From the IMG/VR virus record IMGVR_UViG_3300037521_000345, positions 35,004-99,003 of that record: 64,000 bases of DNA; one strand, written 5' to 3'. This DNA comes from a virus. The notes below the pieces were generated by a model. That model had not been told where the DNA came from. It saw nothing but the letters and a program-made list of their open reading frames with translations, and ran no database searches. The position numbers and the translations under genes were made by a program. Every line of letters starts with the position of its first letter. Position 1 is the stretch's first letter. Of this stretch, positions 59,842 through 64,000 are shown in pieces.

Positions 59842-60486
59842 TTATATAAAATAAAAACCACTATTATTATCAAATAATGTTTTTGTAGTTTCTCTTAAAC
59901 TTTCATTTTTTGATAAAAGTCTTGTCATAAAAGAAGCGTCATCAACAGTATGAATTTTTTTATCATAATCATAAAATGTGTATGTTTCTTGTACCTGTTG
60001 ATTTAGTTGAGTTTCTGTTACGCTTTGTTCCAAACTTACAATAATTTTCCAAAATACTCTATCAGCATTTACAGATTTTTCTACTCCACCAATATTGAAT
60101 AAAGGATATACATTATTGGTAGGTCTTAAATAATCCTGCTCTAATTTAAGTTTATCATTGGGTAAAGGAGTTATTCCATATGTACTGGGAATAACAAATG
60201 TACTATTATTCTCTTTAATATAACCAATATCTTGACCATCTAGAGGTGTGTTGATCTCATCAATATAATAGACTGGAAGTAGTAAAACTTTATTCCATCT
60301 TACTCCAGAGTATTCACCAACTCTATCATAAGAACCAGCAAAAACATTTTCATCTTCCCAAATAGTTTCATTTGTATCAATATGATAATATGTAGTTAAA
60401 AACGCAACAACATGCTTACTATAATAATCATATATTAAATTTTGATACTCATGAATGTAGTCATATATTCTTTCATATTTTTGCAT
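59842..60486 (-). CDS. Putative virion structural protein
   Basis: Lies between the gp25-like and gp6-like genes. Confidence 0.5.
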   Translation of the reverse strand: MQKYERIYDYIHEYQNLIYDYYSKHVVAFLTTYYHIDTNETIWEDENVFAGSYDRVGEYSGVRWNKVLLLPVYYIDEINTPLDGQDIGYIKENNSTFVIPSTYGITPLPNDKLKLEQDYLRPTNNVYPLFNIGGVEKSVNADRVFWKIIVSLEQSVTETQLNQQVQETYTFYDYDKKIHTVDDASFMTRLLSKNESLRETTKTLFDNNSGFYFI

Positions 60487-60926
60487 TATGTTTGTCCCTG
60501 TGCTGCTGAACCAGCTAATGTAGAACCATCAAATCGTACAGATAAAGTTCCCCGATCTCCATCATAGTCAATAATAATATCAATTTCAAAACCTTTTTTG
60601 TTAGAGATTAATCGAACTTCTACATCTTCAATACTTGCTCTATTGTCATATTTTTGTATTCTATATTCAATTTCAGTTTTTATTTCTTCTATAGTTTGAT
60701 CATTAACAGGTTGAAATATCATTAAATGTAAATCGCTTCCATATTCAGGATCATGCATATGAGTTCTTCTAGGAGTAATTAAAATATTATTCCACGACGA
60801 AATAATCACATCTAAATTACTTATTTTTTGAAAATCTCCTGCTGATGTTATCTTAGGGAGAAAGTCATGTAGTTTACCTTCGGAACCAGTAACTTCCTGT
60901 TTAAATCTATCTAATAAATTTGACAT
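60486..60926 (-). CDS. Baseplate gp25-like protein
   Basis: NNILITPRRT..DPEYGSDL..IFQP...I..YDNR. Confidence 0.85.
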   Translation of the reverse strand: MSNLLDRFKQEVTGSEGKLHDFLPKITSAGDFQKISNLDVIISSWNNILITPRRTHMHDPEYGSDLHLMIFQPVNDQTIEEIKTEIEYRIQKYDNRASIEDVEVRLISNKKGFEIDIIIDYDGDRGTLSVRFDGSTLAGSAAQGQT

Positions 60927-61073
60927 TTAACCGCCTTTGAGTCCGCTAATGATTTCTTCTGCAACCATTTTTTTCTTCTCATCTTCTAAATCACTTTTCC
61001 ATTTTAAATAAGCGTAAAATCTCTGAATAGGCATTCTAATGATGTCATTGTATGATTGCTTGCTCATTTCCAT
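60927..61073 (-). CDS. Small chaperone-type ORF (gp51/gpT-like), probably expressed as a frameshift extension of the upstream gene
   Basis: MEMSKQSYNDIIRMPIQRFYAYLKWK...; its frame stays open upstream through the U7 site of the preceding gene. Confidence 0.6.
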   Translation of the reverse strand: MEMSKQSYNDIIRMPIQRFYAYLKWKSDLEDEKKKMVAEEIISGLKGG

Positions 61074-61105
61074 ACATGAGAAAATATTTTTTTCAAGTTG
61101 GGATC

Positions 61106-61152
61106 TGTACTCGTTAATTTCTTCAGAACGAGTACACCATACGAAAAAAATT
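61106..61152 (-). promoter_or_regulatory. Putative programmed ribosomal frameshift signal
   Basis: mRNA AAU UUU UUU CGU, 7-nt spacer, then perfect 10-bp hairpin UGUACUCGUU/AACGAGUACA. Confidence 0.65.
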
Positions 61153-61923
61153 GCCCACTAAATCAATATCTATTACTTCCTCAAAACCACAGTGTTGACA
61201 GGTACTCAACATCTTTAATTCAATACCATACTTTCCAAAAGTGTCTTTATATTTTCCATAGAGAAATCTTTTATCTTTAGAAGGAAGACTTCTATAAGCA
61301 TCAATTATATCTTCTCTTTCAGAATAGACAATACTATCCCCACCCTTTTCTGGATTTTGATAAAACTTTTGAATGATTAAAGTCTCTGTAAATATATCTA
61401 AATTAGCACTTCCTCTTTGACTTTTTAAAGAAATAACCTCATCCCATAGAGTAGGTTGTTTCAACGTAACAAATACAGTTTTAGAAACAGGTAATTCAAT
61501 ATCAAATTCCTTACTAATAATATCTCCATTTGGATAAGATTCCATGCTGAATGTTTCTGAAGCTTTAACTGTTACAGGATATCCTTTATCACAAGAACTG
61601 CATGTAACATCATAGTTTCTAATATCCTCATAAGTAATATGATATAAACCATATAGTAAAGCATCTCTATCTTTTAAAGTAGTCTGTTTCAACCAGGTAT
61701 CATAACTTTTAATAGCATCTGGTTTTTTGACAAACGCATCATAAATACACTTATTCAAATGATCATTTGCTTTAGTTGGAGTTAAGAAACTAGCTTTGAG
61801 ACGTTCTTCTTCTTGAACATTTAATGATCTAACGTGATACGATAAATTTGTTTGTGGGGTTATTACTTCATATTCTGGATACTTAATATCAAATCCTTTA
61901 AACATAACTCTATCTCCTTTCAA
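61123..61923 (-). CDS. Baseplate hub/tail assembly chaperone (T4 gp26-like)
   Basis: PEYEVITP, VRSLNVQEE, DRDALL, two CxxC pairs, ends NFF; follows the tail tube gene. Confidence 0.7.
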   Translation of the reverse strand: MKGDRVMFKGFDIKYPEYEVITPQTNLSYHVRSLNVQEEERLKASFLTPTKANDHLNKCIYDAFVKKPDAIKSYDTWLKQTTLKDRDALLYGLYHITYEDIRNYDVTCSSCDKGYPVTVKASETFSMESYPNGDIISKEFDIELPVSKTVFVTLKQPTLWDEVISLKSQRGSANLDIFTETLIIQKFYQNPEKGGDSIVYSEREDIIDAYRSLPSKDKRFLYGKYKDTFGKYGIELKMLSTCQHCGFEEVIDIDLVGNFFRMVYSF

Positions 61924-61943
61924 TTCTCATTTATTAAAATTTT

Positions 61944-61982
61944 TACTACTTCCTGAAAATATCTCTATAACAGGAAGTAGTA
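61944..61982 (-). terminator. 12-bp stem-loop after the tail tube gene
   Basis: TACTACTTCCTG/CAGGAAGTAGTA. Confidence 0.55.
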
Positions 61983-61996
61983 TTTTCATAACCTTA

Positions 61997-62719
61997 TTAT
62001 GTAGCTGAGTTCATAATATTTCCGTAATCTTCAATAACGTCTGCTTTAATTGCATATACATCATCTGCTAACATTTGACATTTTTCTTTAACCCATTGTT
62101 CATGCCATACATAGTCACAGTTAAACTCAATTTCTACATCCAGTCTACCTACTGTTTCTACATCACTTGTAAAAAGATCTTGTGGATCTTTTGTTGGAAA
62201 AACACCGTCATATGCTGCATAATATTCAACTGTTTTTGCATCAGGTGCTGTTGTCCAGTAATACATTACACACGCATAAGTTGATTTAGTGTAACCACTA
62301 AGGTTGTCGCCATCAATTAGATTAGCTGTTCCAGTACGATAATCTCTTATCATCTTGATCCAACCATGAAAAATATTTAAAAGTGGTATTCCATTGAATT
62401 CTAAAAACTTTACAGAAACAGAATTTCCATAATCAATGTTTCCTGGAACTGCCCACTTTACTCCACCCAATCCTGTGAACTCAACCTTATTTAGAGTTCC
62501 TCCAGGAGGGGTAACGGATAAACATGAAGCTGCTAAAATATTTCCAATTTGTTTTGTAGTCATATCATCAGCATATTTCGGAAGACCATTTGGAATACTA
62601 GCAAAATATACAAAGTGATAACCGCTTAGATATGGATCAGCTACACCAGCAACTGTTCCGCCAAAATTTCTAGTCAATCTATTATTTGGCACTTTAGCAA
62701 AAGAATTTTTAATGCCCAT
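61997..62719 (-). CDS. Tail tube protein (gp19-like)
   Basis: SVTPPG.TL..VEF.G.GG.KW.VPG..DY..S..VKFLE...W...YDGVFP...DVEIEFNCD. Confidence 0.7.
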   Translation of the reverse strand: MGIKNSFAKVPNNRLTRNFGGTVAGVADPYLSGYHFVYFASIPNGLPKYADDMTTKQIGNILAASCLSVTPPGGTLNKVEFTGLGGVKWAVPGNIDYGNSVSVKFLEFNGIPLLNIFHGWIKMIRDYRTGTANLIDGDNLSGYTKSTYACVMYYWTTAPDAKTVEYYAAYDGVFPTKDPQDLFTSDVETVGRLDVEIEFNCDYVWHEQWVKEKCQMLADDVYAIKADVIEDYGNIMNSAT

Positions 62720-62736
62720 CTTATAATACCTCCAAA

Positions 62737-63228
62737 TTAAACTTTCATTCTCGATCTAATAATTTTCTTAACAGAATCCCAATCTCCATTCGTTATTGTA
62801 ATTGCTTTATCGTCAATATAAAATTTAGCTCCTAATTTTTCTGAAGTAATTCTATTAAAATAAATTTCGTGATCAGTTAAATAATTTTCAATATTTTTTA
62901 TCTCTTTTAAATGATCTCCACCTATTTCTTCCGCATTTTCTTTTGAAGCACGAGTTGTGAATATAACAATTTCAAAACCCATTCCTTTTAACCAGTCTAT
63001 TGCTTCTTTAGCTCCATCAAATGGTTCCTCATAAAGTGATCCATCTTGATAACCCTTTGAATATTTAAATATTGTATTATCAAAGTCTATCATTACTCTT
63101 TGACTGGCATTAGAATTTATTACCTTTTCTTCATAGTATTTAATAACTTTCTTTTTTTTAGTAGCGAATCCCATAGGAAAAACGGACTCACTATTTTGTA
63201 TTTTTTTCAGATAATCTCTAATTTTCAT
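62737..63228 (-). CDS. HAD-superfamily phosphatase/nucleotidase-like protein
   Basis: DFDNT, FTTR, K, YIDDKA. Confidence 0.75.
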   Translation of the reverse strand: MKIRDYLKKIQNSESVFPMGFATKKKKVIKYYEEKVINSNASQRVMIDFDNTIFKYSKGYQDGSLYEEPFDGAKEAIDWLKGMGFEIVIFTTRASKENAEEIGGDHLKEIKNIENYLTDHEIYFNRITSEKLGAKFYIDDKAITITNGDWDSVKKIIRSRMKV

Positions 63229-63260
63229 ATATTCAAATGCTCCGTTAAGTAAACATCAAG

Positions 63261-63274
63261 TTTACATTTTGTTC
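63261..63274 (-). promoter_or_regulatory. Putative late promoter (GAACAAAATGTAAA on the minus strand)
   Basis: Matches the 48287 and 49562 motif; heads the minus-strand tail operon. Confidence 0.5.
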
Positions 63275-63307
63275 TAAGAAAATATCCACATCTCGTTTAA
63301 AAAATAG

Positions 63308-63329
63308 ATCTATATATATTAATAATTGA
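63308..63329 (+). promoter_or_regulatory. Putative early-type promoter, second copy
   Basis: ATCTATATATATTAATAATTGA, matches 6226-6247. Confidence 0.55.
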
Positions 63330-63385
63330 ATAGGAAAATATTTTTATCTTTTTTTAACCAACCATTTCAGGGAGGAGTACAAACG

Positions 63386-63637
63386 ATGGATGATATTAAA
63401 ATTTCAGAAGAAAAAATCAAGTATGTAATTAAAACATTAAATGAACAGTGGGATAAAAATGATCCACTTATTAGAACTGTTGCAACAATAATTGGCGTTA
63501 TAACACTATTATTTATACCTATTTTATTTTCGTTGATTATAATTTTATTATTTGGAGGGCAAAGAGTTCTTTATCATATGATGGAATTAAAGAAGAAGGA
63601 ATCTTATGATGAAGTCGATGAAACAAATAACACATAA
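63386..63637 (+). CDS. Small membrane protein
   Basis: ATG at 63386 with GGAGGAG RBS; long hydrophobic stretch. Confidence 0.65.
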   Translation: MDDIKISEEKIKYVIKTLNEQWDKNDPLIRTVATIIGVITLLFIPILFSLIIILLFGGQRVLYHMMELKKKESYDEVDETNNT

Positions 63638-64000
63638 AATTAATGATTACTCAAATATTACATACTATTATAATAAACATTTTAAGACAGATCGATATGA
63701 AGTATTTTATAATTCTGAAATTGGACTTCAAATATTAAGAGGAATAAACGGTCTGGAAGATCCTATTGTTTTAGATTATCCCATACTATTAGACATTGGA
63801 ATTATGGGTCACTGTAAAAATAAATGTGCTATTTGCTATCAAAGTAATGAAATAGAAAAACACATGTCTCTTAAAAATTTTAAATTGATAATGGATCAAA
63901 CAAAGTATCGAGTTAATGAAGCTGCACTGGGTGGTAGAGGAGATCCAAATCATCATCCCCAATTTAAAGACATTGTTGAATATGCCATCAAACGTGATGT
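63606..64000 (+). CDS. Radical SAM protein (3'-truncated by the window)
   Basis: LDIGIMGHCKNKCAICYQ (CxxxCxxC) and ALGGRGDPN. Confidence 0.8.
   Translation, partial: MMKSMKQITHKINDYSNITYYYNKHFKTDRYEVFYNSEIGLQILRGINGLEDPIVLDYPILLDIGIMGHCKNKCAICYQSNEIEKHMSLKNFKLIMDQTKYRVNEAALGGRGDPNHHPQFKDIVEYAIKRD

Noticed and set aside
2666-62618. Numerous short antisense or nested ORFs in the track (e.g. 2666-2911, 14826-15227, 31978-32316, 44670-45032, 59446-59682)
   Set aside because: They lie inside well-supported genes in another frame or strand and have no motifs; shadow ORFs.
1-64000. Stop-codon reassignment (alternative genetic code)
   Set aside because: Long conserved genes are intact under the standard code, and TAA, TAG and TGA all terminate genes at sensible positions.

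Overview
A 64 kb piece of an AT-rich, standard-code jumbo myophage genome. It has four parts. (1) Two separate multisubunit RNA polymerase loci, each with beta' before beta and apparently unsplit subunits. (2) A replication/recombination block: type IIA topoisomerase B and A subunits, SF2 helicase, Mre11/Rad50, a likely SSB, a Dam-type methylase and a small PolB-palm-like protein. (3) Deazaguanine-pathway genes (QueD, FolE2) and radical SAM enzymes. (4) A late/structural block: terminase, tape-measure-like protein, baseplate gp6- and gp25-like proteins, tail tube and tail/hub chaperone. Three things stand out. First, an unannotated tandem array of 6-7 structured non-coding RNA units at 6275-6901, two carrying tRNA-like D, anticodon and T arms, sits directly upstream of a divergent Ro60/TROVE-vWA-like gene and an ARPP-1-like gene; it is a candidate phage Y-RNA-like/tRNA-decoy RNP system. 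Second, a complete-looking ubiquitin-like conjugation operon (E2, JAB, E1, Ubl, second E1-like, second E2-like) lies next to the second RNAP. Third, there is a probable programmed ribosomal frameshift (U7 slippery site plus 10-bp hairpin) in the tail-assembly chaperone gene. All family assignments come from motif recognition by eye, not database searches.
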